Virus record (IMG/VR): IMGVR_UViG_3300045988_115788
Length of the DNA stretch: 64,000 nt
DNA from: a virus
Strand: one strand, 5' to 3'
The stretch's first letter is position 1, and each line of letters starts with the position of its first letter. Shown here in pieces: positions 53,262-63,165 of this stretch. Made by a program: the position numbers and the translations under genes. The notes beneath the pieces are model-generated. The model was not told where the DNA came from. It saw nothing but the letters and a program-made list of their open reading frames with translations, and made no database searches.

Positions 53262-54089
53262 ATGACGTTTGTAACTTTTACCAGCGAAGAGCTGGCGACC
53301 GGCCCCCTAGCTGACATCTACCCTCGGCTAGGCAGTGTAGGAATTATTATTGGTCAAATGGATGATGAATATAATGTTCAGTTCTCTCCTGACTGTTTTG
53401 ATGATGGCCTTCATAAAAGCACAGAAGAGTGTGCGCTAATTCTTAGTAGAGACGAATTTGAGAGCGCAGATATTTTTGCGGCACAGGTGCTAAATAACTA
53501 CAATGTAGTTAATTCTGTTCCCACAGGCTCACTTGGAGAAGAATCTTGTGATTGCAAATCTGATTATAAATCTGATTGTTGCAATTACGATGAAAGAGAA
53601 GAAGGTGAACTTACAGAAGAAGATGCCGAAAACCTAGAGATTTATAAGATGCTTCTTCCCAAGTTCAAGAAGAATGGTTTTATTACGGAAGATAATAAGA
53701 TTGAAGAAGGTCTTGACGTTATTAGAATGGTTTCTTTGGCCTATAAGAGTGCTTACAAGCGTGGAAAAGCAGGAAGACCTTTCTTTTTTAAGAAGGACAA
53801 TCAAGATAGATGGAGAGAGATGAAGCCAAACGATGTTTACAACACTAGCCTTAGAGTTATGTATGTAAATAAGCCTAGTGAGGCTCAGTACCCAGAAGGG
53901 CCTTGGGATGATGGAAAGGGTTATTTCCCGCCTGAAGGCACTGTTGGAAAAATGTCTCGTCCTGCTTGGGATGATGCTGAAAGTGATGAAGATATTTGGG
54001 TTCAATTTGAGGGAACCGAATACGAACACACTTGCTACGGACAGATGTTTGATTGTTTTCTTGTAAGAGAGGTAGATGAAGATGATTAA
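53262..54089 (+). CDS. hypothetical acidic protein
   Basis: GGAGG SD before the ATG at 53262. Confidence 0.5.
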   Translation: MTFVTFTSEELATGPLADIYPRLGSVGIIIGQMDDEYNVQFSPDCFDDGLHKSTEECALILSRDEFESADIFAAQVLNNYNVVNSVPTGSLGEESCDCKSDYKSDCCNYDEREEGELTEEDAENLEIYKMLLPKFKKNGFITEDNKIEEGLDVIRMVSLAYKSAYKRGKAGRPFFFKKDNQDRWREMKPNDVYNTSLRVMYVNKPSEAQYPEGPWDDGKGYFPPEGTVGKMSRPAWDDAESDEDIWVQFEGTEYEHTCYGQMFDCFLVREVDEDD

Positions 54090-54513
54090 AATCATCAAAA
54101 AGCCTGAAGAAGTAAAAGAAGTTAAGTGTCAATTTTGCGGCTGTGTGTTAGAATACAGTAATGCAGATATTACTCAAACTACAAACGCATTATCTAGTAT
54201 TATTTGTCCGAACTGTGAAAACATCATCACACTGTCCAAAGAAGAGCATTTCAAACCTGACGTTTGGCCCGATTTTTACAGTTATGATGGGCCTAACGTG
54301 AAGCATTTGTCAAATGAAACGATTAGTCAGTATATTGACAAATGTGTTGAATACACAATGCAAAACAAAGATATAGCGTATATGGCAAGTGGTGATACTT
54401 TTGTTCTAAGTCTTCCTGACTGCGATAGTTCTGGAGAAATTGAATCTATTTCTGTTATTGTTGCACAAGGGTACAAAGAAGGCTTGGTCTATGAAAGAGA
54501 GGGACTTTGTTGA
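54076..54513 (+). CDS. hypothetical zinc-ribbon protein
   Basis: CQFCG...CPNCE near the N-terminus. Confidence 0.5.
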   Translation: MKMIKIIKKPEEVKEVKCQFCGCVLEYSNADITQTTNALSSIICPNCENIITLSKEEHFKPDVWPDFYSYDGPNVKHLSNETISQYIDKCVEYTMQNKDIAYMASGDTFVLSLPDCDSSGEIESISVIVAQGYKEGLVYEREGLC

Positions 54514-56162
54514 GATACAATTCCATATTAAAGGAATTTAATCCCAACACTTTTTTGACCGATTATCTGCAAGCAAAGGGTATCCAGGGTGGAGAGATTG
54601 AAGAATTTCTCCACCCTGACGAAAAAGTGTTGGATAATCCTTTTGATTACAAGAACATGGATAAAGCTGTTGAAGAGTTATCTGTCTTAAAGCAAAAAAA
54701 TGATATGTGGGGAACAAAGAAGATTGGTGTTTTAATTGATTGCGATGTTGACGGCATTATGTCGGCCTCAATCATTTCTGATTTTGTTCTAAAGTTAGGA
54801 ATTAAACCAGAAAATCTCTATCTTTATGCTCACAATGAAAAGGCGCATGGTCTTGGCGCAGAGGGAGATAGCCTTTGTGAAAAAATGATTCAAGATGAAC
54901 TTGACCTTGTATTCACTCCTGACAGTAGTAGTAATGACATTGGTGAACTTAAATTTTTAACAGAGCAGTCTATTTCTGTTATTGTACTTGACCACCATGA
55001 AGTTGAAACAGAGAGTAGCTGGGGAATTATAGTTAATCATCATCTGTCGGAAGGATTGAATAAATCTCTTTCTGGCGCAGGCGTGACAGATAAATTTGTT
55101 CGAGCTTTTTGCGAAAAAGAACAGCTTGAATATCCTGGTTATGAAGATTTTGTAGCAATTAGTCTAGTAAGTGATGTTTGTAACCTTCGGGTATTAGAAA
55201 ATAGATGGTATATTGAAAAGGGATTAAAAAATATCAAACACCCTGCACTTAAAATGATAGTAGATAAATTCTGTCGCTATGGTGTCAGCCCAAAAGGACT
55301 GAGCTTTGGCTGTATTCCCCCTATGAACGCTCTTACACGGCTTTCAGGCACCCTAGAAACGATTGAACTTGTTAAAGCTATCATCGGTATCGGGGATATG
55401 GAACAAGCCCTTAAAATGCTTTCTAGGGCGCACAGAACACAAAAGAAGACAGTTAAAGATATGACTGATGAATTGCAACCTAATATGGATAATACACACA
55501 AGGTTGCTGTGGGTTTTGCAGATGATGAAAACAGGAATTATATTGGGCTTGTTGCTAATAAAATTCGTTATCATTTGAACAAACCTACGTTTGTTTTAAG
55601 AGACACAGGAGCGTCTTATACGGGGTCTTTGAGAAGCCCGATAGATTTGTTGGATATACTCAATGAAAGTGGTCTAGCGATTTGTCAAGGGCATCAGAGG
55701 GCGTGTGGAATTACTTTTAAGAAGGAAAACTATGACCAAGTTATTGACTTGATGGATAGTATGGATTTAGATGTAGACCCCCCTGTTGATGTTGCCGCAA
55801 AAGTAAAATTGAGCGACCTAGATATTGATGTAGCACAGTTAATTGAAGATAATGATTTGCTTTGGGGTGAAGGTGTAGAGTTGCCTACATTTTACACTGA
55901 AGTAAAACTAAATAAAGATGATGTTCATGTCTATAAGAAAAGAGCAACATTTATTAGAATAACCGGCGGAGATGTCGTAATGACGCTACCTTTTGCTTCT
56001 ACTTTAGATAAAATGAAATTAACCGAATATAGTGAATTTACTTTACAAGCTGTTGTAGAACTTGAAGTAAATGAATATAATGGTTATGTAAATCCTCAAT
56101 GTAAGATTATTCAATATGAAGTTGTCCCTGTAGAAACAAAAGAATTCGAAAATTTATGGTAA
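54507..56162 (+). CDS. RecJ-like DHH-family ssDNA exonuclease
   Basis: DHH motifs IDCDVDG, TPDSSS, VLDHHE and a DHHA1-like C-terminal half. Confidence 0.7.
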   Translation: MLRYNSILKEFNPNTFLTDYLQAKGIQGGEIEEFLHPDEKVLDNPFDYKNMDKAVEELSVLKQKNDMWGTKKIGVLIDCDVDGIMSASIISDFVLKLGIKPENLYLYAHNEKAHGLGAEGDSLCEKMIQDELDLVFTPDSSSNDIGELKFLTEQSISVIVLDHHEVETESSWGIIVNHHLSEGLNKSLSGAGVTDKFVRAFCEKEQLEYPGYEDFVAISLVSDVCNLRVLENRWYIEKGLKNIKHPALKMIVDKFCRYGVSPKGLSFGCIPPMNALTRLSGTLETIELVKAIIGIGDMEQALKMLSRAHRTQKKTVKDMTDELQPNMDNTHKVAVGFADDENRNYIGLVANKIRYHLNKPTFVLRDTGASYTGSLRSPIDLLDILNESGLAICQGHQRACGITFKKENYDQVIDLMDSMDLDVDPPVDVAAKVKLSDLDIDVAQLIEDNDLLWGEGVELPTFYTEVKLNKDDVHVYKKRATFIRITGGDVVMTLPFASTLDKMKLTEYSEFTLQAVVELEVNEYNGYVNPQCKIIQYEVVPVETKEFENLW

Positions 56163-56177
56163 AAAAGGAGAGTAAAA

Positions 56178-56351
56178 ATGCGTATTAGAATGATGATTGA
56201 CCTTGAAACGCCTCAGACGGAAGAAGAAATTAAGCAGGTTTACGCTAAGATGGAAGACTACGAAGCAAAGCTTGAACAGGCTTTCATTGAAGGTTGGAAG
56301 GATGAAGGCGCAAAGATTACAAACATTAAAGCAAAGGCTGTAACAAAGTAA
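56178..56351 (+). CDS. small hypothetical protein (57 aa)
   Basis: AAAGGAGAG SD; stop overlaps the next ATG (TAATG). Confidence 0.45.
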   Translation: MRIRMMIDLETPQTEEEIKQVYAKMEDYEAKLEQAFIEGWKDEGAKITNIKAKAVTK

Positions 56352-56791
56352 TGGGCAACAATCAAAAAAATATTGATTTTGCATATCTTAACGCTGGAAA
56401 CGCTTGTTATACATTAAATAAGTATCTTAACAAATGGCTTAATCAAACAGATTTAATTTCTGATAGTGATGAACATTTTCTAAAGAAGATTGTAAAAATT
56501 TGTTCTGATGTATCGCAAGCAGGATGCAACACTTTTGGCCGACCTTTTTGCACAGACCCTATTTACTATATGACTGACGGAGAGGCAATAAGAACTAGGT
56601 TTGAAGACATCATATCAAAGCTAGTTGATGTTGGCATCATTGGTGAACAGTATGAATATAATGAATTAAAAGTAGTTAACGATGTATTAGTAAATATTTG
56701 GCTAGCTAATGCTATTACAACTTTTAATCCCGTACCTTCAGATAAAGAATGGTTTTGGCGTTTTAAATGTGAGTCAAAAGAGGTACATTGA
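56351..56791 (+). CDS. hypothetical protein
   Basis: 146-aa ORF, translationally coupled. Confidence 0.5.
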   Translation: MGNNQKNIDFAYLNAGNACYTLNKYLNKWLNQTDLISDSDEHFLKKIVKICSDVSQAGCNTFGRPFCTDPIYYMTDGEAIRTRFEDIISKLVDVGIIGEQYEYNELKVVNDVLVNIWLANAITTFNPVPSDKEWFWRFKCESKEVH

Positions 56792-56835
56792 TAGGAAGTG
56801 TTGTTAATAGATTATTGAGGCAAAGGCGGAAGTAA

Positions 56836-57264
56836 ATGAGACTCAAAGAGTTATTTCTTTTTTGGTTTGGCGGCAGTTTTTATGTAACTTTAGAAGTTTT
56901 TTATCGAGGCTATAGTCATATTTCAATGTTTATTCTTGCTGGCGTTGTTTTTAGTCTTGTCGGCCTTTTGAACGAAGTTTTTCCCTGGGAGTTTGATTTA
57001 GTTTGGCAGGATATAATCGGTACTGGCGTTGCTTTGATTGGCGAATACTTTACTGGCATGTTAGTTAATGTCAAATTAGGACTAAATGTTTGGGACTATT
57101 CCAATGAATTTCTAAATTTAAATGGACAAATATGTTTGAAATTTGGTTTAATTTGGATTCCTTTGATTCTGTTAGCTATTGTAATAGATGATATTATTCG
57201 ATGGCGTTTTTATGGAGAAGAGCGGCCCAGATATTATTTATTTGGTAAAATGATAAAAATCTAA
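56836..57264 (+). CDS. integral membrane protein
   Basis: 142 aa with about four hydrophobic helices. Confidence 0.5.
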   Translation: MRLKELFLFWFGGSFYVTLEVFYRGYSHISMFILAGVVFSLVGLLNEVFPWEFDLVWQDIIGTGVALIGEYFTGMLVNVKLGLNVWDYSNEFLNLNGQICLKFGLIWIPLILLAIVIDDIIRWRFYGEERPRYYLFGKMIKI

Positions 57265-57271
57265 ATAAAAC

Positions 57272-57300
57272 TTGACAAACCTCCTGTCTTGTGGTACAAT
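57272..57300 (+). promoter_or_regulatory. sigma-A-type promoter with extended -10
   Basis: TTGACA-17-TGgTACAAT. Confidence 0.7.
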
Positions 57301-57328
57301 AAATGTATCGAAGATAGGAGGTTTTGTT

Positions 57329-57571
57329 ATGCTGTGTTATGTTAGAAACAATATTTTTAAAAGATTATTACAAAAGTGTGATAGATGTAGAATGAGTTCT
57401 GCTAAATATGGATTTGATTACAGAAGCGATTACGAATCAGGTTATATTTGGACAAATCTTTGTGCTGATTGTATAAGAGAATTAAAGAAACGCGACCCTA
57501 TTACTCCTGAAGCAAAAAGTCTTTCCGCAATAGCTAAACGACTTGAACCAAAAACAATTACGATTTTTTAA
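57329..57571 (+). CDS. small Cys-containing protein
   Basis: TAGGAGG SD before the ATG at 57329. Confidence 0.5.
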   Translation: MLCYVRNNIFKRLLQKCDRCRMSSAKYGFDYRSDYESGYIWTNLCADCIRELKKRDPITPEAKSLSAIAKRLEPKTITIF

Positions 57572-57580
57572 GGTGATATA

Positions 57581-58051
57581 ATGAGTGAATTTATTGAATT
57601 TAACACTTATCAAGAAGAATTAAAGCAATGTGTCAAATGCAATAGACGGCTTGCTAGATTCAAGGATGTGAATGGTAAATACTATTGTTCGCAATGCGTA
57701 GGTAAAGACCCTACATTATTTGGAAAATGTTATTATAGTAACAATAGAGAAGATTTATATACTATTGCGCGACATGAGTGTAGAGACAATACGATAGAAG
57801 ATGGAGAATTATTAGATTATGAGCAACAAATAAGGTTCTGCGACCCTAAGAAATTCTATTATCGACATGAATCACCAAAGAGAAAGTGGTGGATAGTGAC
57901 CCATGAATTTGATTGGGATTGGGACTCTGAGTGGGACGAAGGTAAAATGATTGTGGAATATTGTCCTTTCTGTGGCAAGAAATTGGAGGCTCCTGATGGA
58001 AACGAAGATGGCAAAAGAGATGCTGAGAATAGTTCAAACAAGATTGGATAA
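57581..58051 (+). CDS. hypothetical protein with two zinc ribbons
   Basis: CVKCN...CSQC and CPFCG motifs. Confidence 0.5.
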   Translation: MSEFIEFNTYQEELKQCVKCNRRLARFKDVNGKYYCSQCVGKDPTLFGKCYYSNNREDLYTIARHECRDNTIEDGELLDYEQQIRFCDPKKFYYRHESPKRKWWIVTHEFDWDWDSEWDEGKMIVEYCPFCGKKLEAPDGNEDGKRDAENSSNKIG

Positions 58052-58196
58052 TCGCGGAGTATTAAAACCTATTGAATACAAGACGCTAGAAATTTGTTGT
58101 GGAGTTTTGAACGGTTATGCTATTATGGAAGAGTGTGATGGGTTAGTTAGACAAGGAGAAAATGATGATTGGTGGGACAAGGAGGATGTGTGTTAG
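57996..58196 (+). CDS. small hypothetical protein
   Basis: TTGGAGG SD before the ATG at 57996 (track ORF starts 57951). Confidence 0.4.
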   Translation: METKMAKEMLRIVQTRLDNRGVLKPIEYKTLEICCGVLNGYAIMEECDGLVRQGENDDWWDKEDVC

Positions 58197-58223
58197 TTAA
58201 AAATAAGTTATAAAAAGTTGTAA

Positions 58224-58841
58224 ATAATTAATGAAGGTATCGGAATTGATTTAGGTATTAAAGATTTAGCAATATGCTCTGATAAGAATAAGTATCAGAA
58301 CATAAACAAAACACAAAAAGTAAAGAAAATAGAAAAAAGAAAACGTAGGTTGCAACGTTCCGTATCAAGAAGATATGAGAAAAATAAGAAAGGAGCAAGT
58401 TACTGTAAAACAAGTAACATTATAAAAAGAGAAAAAGAACTTTTAAAATTGAATCACAGACTAACAAATATTCGTCAAAATTATTTACATCAAACAACAT
58501 CTGAGATAGTGAAACGAGAACCAAGTTTCATTTGTATTGAAGATTTGAATGTAAGTGGAATGATGAAAAATAAACATTTATCCAAAGTAGTGCAACAGCA
58601 AGGGTTTTATGAATTTAAACGACAGATTGAATACAAGTCAACATGGAACAATATACCAGTTGTTATAGCAGATAGATTTTTTCCAAGTTCTAAATTATGT
58701 AGTTGTTGCGGTAATGTTAAAAAAGATTTAAAGCTATCAGACCGTGTTTACAAATGTAAATGTGGAAATGTAATTGATAGAGATTTTCAGGCAAGTTTAA
58801 ATCTAAAACAGTATGGAGAAAATGTTTTAAATAATCTGTAG
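58224..58841 (+). pseudogene. tnpB: 5'-truncated TnpB (RuvC + Zn ribbon only, no ATG)
   Basis: Frame opens at 58224 with ..EGIGIDLGIKDLA (RuvC-I), then ICIEDLNV, CSCCG...CKCG, VIDRDFQASLNL; the N-terminal ~180 aa of a full TnpB are missing. Confidence 0.7.
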
Positions 58842-59015
58842 CATAACACTTTCAAGTTATTACAGATATGTACTGATATGTTAGTCAGGAATTTACGCCT
58901 ATGGAGAGCACAAGAACTTGTGAGTAGTGATTGGCTTGTCAACACAAAAACATACTCGTTGAAGTAGGAATGGAACATAAAAGTTTATAACTTTTTATAA
59001 GTTTTCAGTAACGGA
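58842..59015 (+). ncRNA. omega-RNA-like tail of the truncated TnpB, abutting the dnaE start
   Basis: CACAAGAACTTGTGAGTAGTGATTGGC is homologous to the tail of the 40074 remnant; ends a few nt before the ATG at 59022. Confidence 0.4.
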
Positions 59016-59021
59016 TGAAGA

Positions 59022-62000
59022 ATGGTAGATACTTATTTTTCATTACACAACCATAGTGATTATAGTAATCCAAGTTTAGGTTTTAGTGATTCTATTTGTA
59101 AAGTGAGTGGCTTGATTCAAAGAGCTTATGATATTGGTTTACAAGGTGTTACTATCACTGACCATGAATCACTTTCTTCTTTTGTTGAAGCATTAAATTA
59201 TTATGAATCAATGGAGCAAACTAGACCTTTTACTCTAGCTTTAGGCAATGAAATTTATCTTTTAACTGAAGAAGAATATGAAGAAAATCGTTATAACAAT
59301 GGTACGATTCCCTATTTTCATTTCATTCTTATCGCAAAAGACGATGAAGGTTATCGACAACTTTGTAAATTATCCACAAGAGCTTGGGAACGAGCTTATA
59401 TGAAAGGTTGTTGGCGTAGACCAACTTTAATGGAAGATTTGGTTGAAATTATTCAGCCAAATCAAGGACATGTGTTTGGATTGAGCGCTTGTTTAGGTTC
59501 TCGTATCGACAAAATGCTTCTTGAAAGAAACAAAGCACTGTTTGAAAAAACTGGACACCTAACACAGATTCAACAGATTTTTGGCAAAGATAATTTCTAT
59601 TTAGAAGTGCAACCTTCGGAAATAAAAGGAAACGAACAAAGCACTGTCAATACAATGCTTATGAAGGTAGCCAAACAACTGAAGCTCCCTATTGTTGTCA
59701 GTACAGATAGTCACTATTTAAAAAAAGATGATGCTATTATTCACGAAGTTTTTTTAAAAAGTCAAGATGGCGAAAGAGAAGTAAGTGATTTTTATGCTAC
59801 TGCTTACATGATGGAACCATCTGATTTACGAGAACATTTACGACATGAATTTAATGATGAAGAAATTGACTTTTTGATGTCAAATACAGTGGAATTAGGC
59901 CAACGTATAGGTAAATATAGTTTTAAGCATAAACCAATCATTCCTGAAATTCCTGAAGAAAAAATTCCTGATTTTAAAACCCAACATACTTTTAAACAAT
60001 ATTATTCTGAATATGAGTATTTTGGCTATTATGCTAAAGAAGATTTAGATATACATGAGCGTTATTTCTTTTATCAAATTGAGCAAGGACTAAAGCAAAA
60101 AGTTGTATTGAAACATAAGGATGTAAAAACCTATGTTGACCGGCTTAACACTGAATGGAGAGAACTAAAGTTAATTAGTGATGAATTAAATGGTTTCATG
60201 GTGGCATATTATTCAACTATGAGTAAAATAGTAGACCTTATGTGGGAAGCTAATAGTATAGTAGGCCCAGGAAGAGGCTCTTCTTCTGCTTTTTTAACTT
60301 GTTATTTGTTGGACATTACAGCTATAGACCCTGTTCCGCTAGGTGACTATATGCCTTATTGGAGACATCTTAGCGCAGAAAGAAAGGCGGAGCTTCCTGA
60401 TATTGATACTGACTCAGAACCCAGTAAAAAATACGCTATCATAGAAGAAGTTAAAAAGTTTTTTGGAGAAGATAAAGTATTAAATGTTGCTACATTTTCT
60501 TCAATTTCATCGAAAATAGCTATTGAAAAGGCTTGCCGTGGTTTAGGGATTGATGATACAACTGCGGCATATTTAAAATCTTTGATTCCTATTAATAGAG
60601 GCAAAATTGCTAAACTTAAAGATTGTTTATACGGTAGTGATAAAACACCTGTAGTTCATGCTCTTGTTGAAGAAATGAAAAAATACCCTAATCTTGAAAA
60701 GTGCGCTTTAGGGTTGTGCGACATTATTTCTCAAAAGGGACTTCATGCTGCGGGCCTTACGATTAGTAATAAGCCATATACAGAATATTGTAGTATGATG
60801 AGAGCGCCTAACGGCACTCCTTGTACTTGCTACAATCTTTGGGACGCAGAAGAAGTAAGTTTAGTTAAATTTGATTTGTTGACAGTTGATGCTCTACAAA
60901 AAGTTCATGGTGCATTAGACGCCATGGTAAATGATGGAACCATTGAATGGCAGGGCAATCTTCGAGACACATACAACAAATATATTCACCCAGACGTTAT
61001 TGATTATGACACTCCTGAGATGTGGGATTGTATCAATAAAATGTATTCTATATTTCAGTGGGCCACACCTTTTTCTGTTGCGGCACTAAAGCAAATTCAG
61101 CCAACAACTTTATCAGAACTTTCAGCAGGAAATAGCCTAATTAGACTTATGCCAGACGGAGACGGTGAAACACCTCTTGATACCTATGTTCGATATAAAA
61201 ATCATCCTGAACAATGGAGTGTAGAAGCTTCTGCGTATGGGCTTAATGAAGAAGAAAAATCAATCATAGCCAAATACACCAAAGACGCTCATTATCTTGC
61301 AGATTGTCAAGAAAAGATTATGCGACTTTCTATGGATGAACATATTGCTGGTTATACTCTAAAAGAAAGCAACCAACTTCGCAAAAGCGTAGCTAAAAAA
61401 GACGAAGCTTTGCAAGAAAAAGCCAAGCAACAATTTTATGAATACGGAAAAAAGCAAGGCACTAGACAAGTGATGCTTGATTATGTTTGGAATGTACTGT
61501 TTAGTAAATCATTTGGATATTCTTTTTCAAGCATCCACAGTTGGGCTTATTCAATGATTGCTCTTCAGGAACTAAACATTTTTTATCATTACGGTGCTAT
61601 ATATTGGAACATTGGTTGTTTACTTACAGAAACAAGTGACGAAGGGTCTGGTTCTGGTGCAGATTACGGTAAGATAGCAAAAGCAATTTATAAAATGCTT
61701 GCATTTGGTGTAAATATTGTATCTCCTAATGTTAATGAATCTAAAGACAACTTTACTCCAAACGCAAAAGAGAACACTATTTATTACGGATTAGCTACAA
61801 TTTCTGGAATTAACTCTCAGATAGCGAATCAAATCATTTCTATGCGGCCTTATAATTCATTTTTAGATTTTTATCGCAAAAATACATTTCCTGGTTCTCT
61901 CGTTACAAAGTCTAAAATTATTCAACTAATCAAAGCTGGATGTTTTGATTGTTTTAATACAAATAGAATTAAGGTGATGCAAGAATATTTCTGTTTATCT

Positions 62001-62906
62001 ACGCCACAAAAAACAAAGCTTACAACATCTAATTTGCCTGAAATGATTAAAATTGGTGTTGAAATTCCAGAAGAACTTATCAAACCTTATAATTTTAAAA
62101 AGTATGTTTGTCAAAAGCAATTCTTTTACAGTGTACATCCTTTGTCTAAATCTAAAAAATTATATAAAGTAGATACTACTGTAATGTCATATTGTGAGGA
62201 ATACTTTATTTCCGTAATGAAAGAAGGGGCAGATTATTGGTTTGTTGATAGCGAGGTCGTTATTTGCGACAAATCTATTGATAAATGCTTTAAGCCTGTT
62301 TTTAATGAGTTAAAGTCTTGGCTACAAAGACCTGAAACAATTAAAGAATATAACAAAAAAGCTATTATTGCCGCGTACAACACACTAGATTGTGTAGATG
62401 TCGATAGATGGGCAATGCAATCTACGAGTTATTACCATAACAACGGACATGAATTAAAGAATTTAGATTTTAAGCGTTACGGCATTAGTAGATTTTCCGA
62501 CCTTCCAGAAGAACCAGTATTTGTTGAAAAAAACTTTGGACAGCGTTCTTGGCGGCAATACGAAATCAGCGCCATAGCTGGAACATTGATTGCTAAAGAC
62601 GATACTAAGCATATAATTACTTTGCTAACTACTGATTATGATGTAGTAAACTGTAAGCTTACTAGAGAAGCCTATGCTCATTATAAACGAGTGATTAGTT
62701 CTGGTAGTGGGAAAGATAAAGTAGTGTATGATGATGCTTGGATTCAAAGAGGGTCTTTGCTGATTGTTTGTGGCTATCGAAACGGTGACGATTTTAGATG
62801 TAAAAAATACAAAAACAGTGTATATGACCATCAAATGATATTGATTAAACATGTATATGAAGATGGGAGTGCAGACTTGCAGACGGAAAGGGTGTTGATG
62901 GAATAA
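59022..62906 (+). CDS. dnaE: DNA polymerase III alpha subunit (DnaE-type, N-terminal PHP domain)
   Basis: 1294 aa; PHP motifs HNHSDYS, ITDHES; polymerase core GPGRGSSSAF and PDIDTD catalytic aspartates. Confidence 0.85.
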   Translation: MVDTYFSLHNHSDYSNPSLGFSDSICKVSGLIQRAYDIGLQGVTITDHESLSSFVEALNYYESMEQTRPFTLALGNEIYLLTEEEYEENRYNNGTIPYFHFILIAKDDEGYRQLCKLSTRAWERAYMKGCWRRPTLMEDLVEIIQPNQGHVFGLSACLGSRIDKMLLERNKALFEKTGHLTQIQQIFGKDNFYLEVQPSEIKGNEQSTVNTMLMKVAKQLKLPIVVSTDSHYLKKDDAIIHEVFLKSQDGEREVSDFYATAYMMEPSDLREHLRHEFNDEEIDFLMSNTVELGQRIGKYSFKHKPIIPEIPEEKIPDFKTQHTFKQYYSEYEYFGYYAKEDLDIHERYFFYQIEQGLKQKVVLKHKDVKTYVDRLNTEWRELKLISDELNGFMVAYYSTMSKIVDLMWEANSIVGPGRGSSSAFLTCYLLDITAIDPVPLGDYMPYWRHLSAERKAELPDIDTDSEPSKKYAIIEEVKKFFGEDKVLNVATFSSISSKIAIEKACRGLGIDDTTAAYLKSLIPINRGKIAKLKDCLYGSDKTPVVHALVEEMKKYPNLEKCALGLCDIISQKGLHAAGLTISNKPYTEYCSMMRAPNGTPCTCYNLWDAEEVSLVKFDLLTVDALQKVHGALDAMVNDGTIEWQGNLRDTYNKYIHPDVIDYDTPEMWDCINKMYSIFQWATPFSVAALKQIQPTTLSELSAGNSLIRLMPDGDGETPLDTYVRYKNHPEQWSVEASAYGLNEEEKSIIAKYTKDAHYLADCQEKIMRLSMDEHIAGYTLKESNQLRKSVAKKDEALQEKAKQQFYEYGKKQGTRQVMLDYVWNVLFSKSFGYSFSSIHSWAYSMIALQELNIFYHYGAIYWNIGCLLTETSDEGSGSGADYGKIAKAIYKMLAFGVNIVSPNVNESKDNFTPNAKENTIYYGLATISGINSQIANQIISMRPYNSFLDFYRKNTFPGSLVTKSKIIQLIKAGCFDCFNTNRIKVMQEYFCLSTPQKTKLTTSNLPEMIKIGVEIPEELIKPYNFKKYVCQKQFFYSVHPLSKSKKLYKVDTTVMSYCEEYFISVMKEGADYWFVDSEVVICDKSIDKCFKPVFNELKSWLQRPETIKEYNKKAIIAAYNTLDCVDVDRWAMQSTSYYHNNGHELKNLDFKRYGISRFSDLPEEPVFVEKNFGQRSWRQYEISAIAGTLIAKDDTKHIITLLTTDYDVVNCKLTREAYAHYKRVISSGSGKDKVVYDDAWIQRGSLLIVCGYRNGDDFRCKKYKNSVYDHQMILIKHVYEDGSADLQTERVLME

Positions 62907-63103
62907 TGAAATGTATTTGGTGTGGAAAGGAAGCTATAAGGATGCCCCTGGTTATGTTTGGGCAAAGGGTAGGTGACACTTACGTTTGTGCATCTTGCGG
63001 CTATCATTGGGATAACTATGGAAAGAGCTATTCTTCGGACTGGAAACCTGATAAAGAATCGCTATGGAATAAAATAAAGAAATTTTTTAGAAAATTAAAA
63101 TAA
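62906..63103 (+). CDS. small zinc-ribbon protein
   Basis: CIWCG...CASCG; start overlaps the dnaE stop. Confidence 0.5.
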   Translation: MKCIWCGKEAIRMPLVMFGQRVGDTYVCASCGYHWDNYGKSYSSDWKPDKESLWNKIKKFFRKLK

Positions 63104-63106
63104 TAC

Positions 63107-63135
63107 TTGACAACCCCTTCTTCGTGTGATATGAT
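63107..63135 (+). promoter_or_regulatory. sigma-A-type promoter with extended -10
   Basis: TTGACA-17-TGaTATGAT; overlapped by inverted repeat CCCCTTCTT/AAGAAGGGG. Confidence 0.65.
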
Positions 63136-63165
63136 TAGGTCACAGCAAAAGAAGGGGTTATTTTT

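Noticed and set aside
547-54132. Many 60-165-aa ORFs on the strand opposite to long genes (e.g. 547..768, 2686..3088, 4889..5371, 8961..9469, 16238..17303, 24460..24750, 43625..44125, 53634..54132)
   Set aside because: They are fully embedded antisense in well-supported genes, have low-complexity (Ser/Leu/Phe-rich) composition, lack ribosome sites and break operon logic. They are shadow ORFs.
42918-57331. N-terminal extensions of track ORFs starting at 42918, 48471 and 57272
   Set aside because: Each start is the TTG of a TTGACA -35 box. The real starts are downstream ATGs with SD sequences (42975, 48525, 57329).
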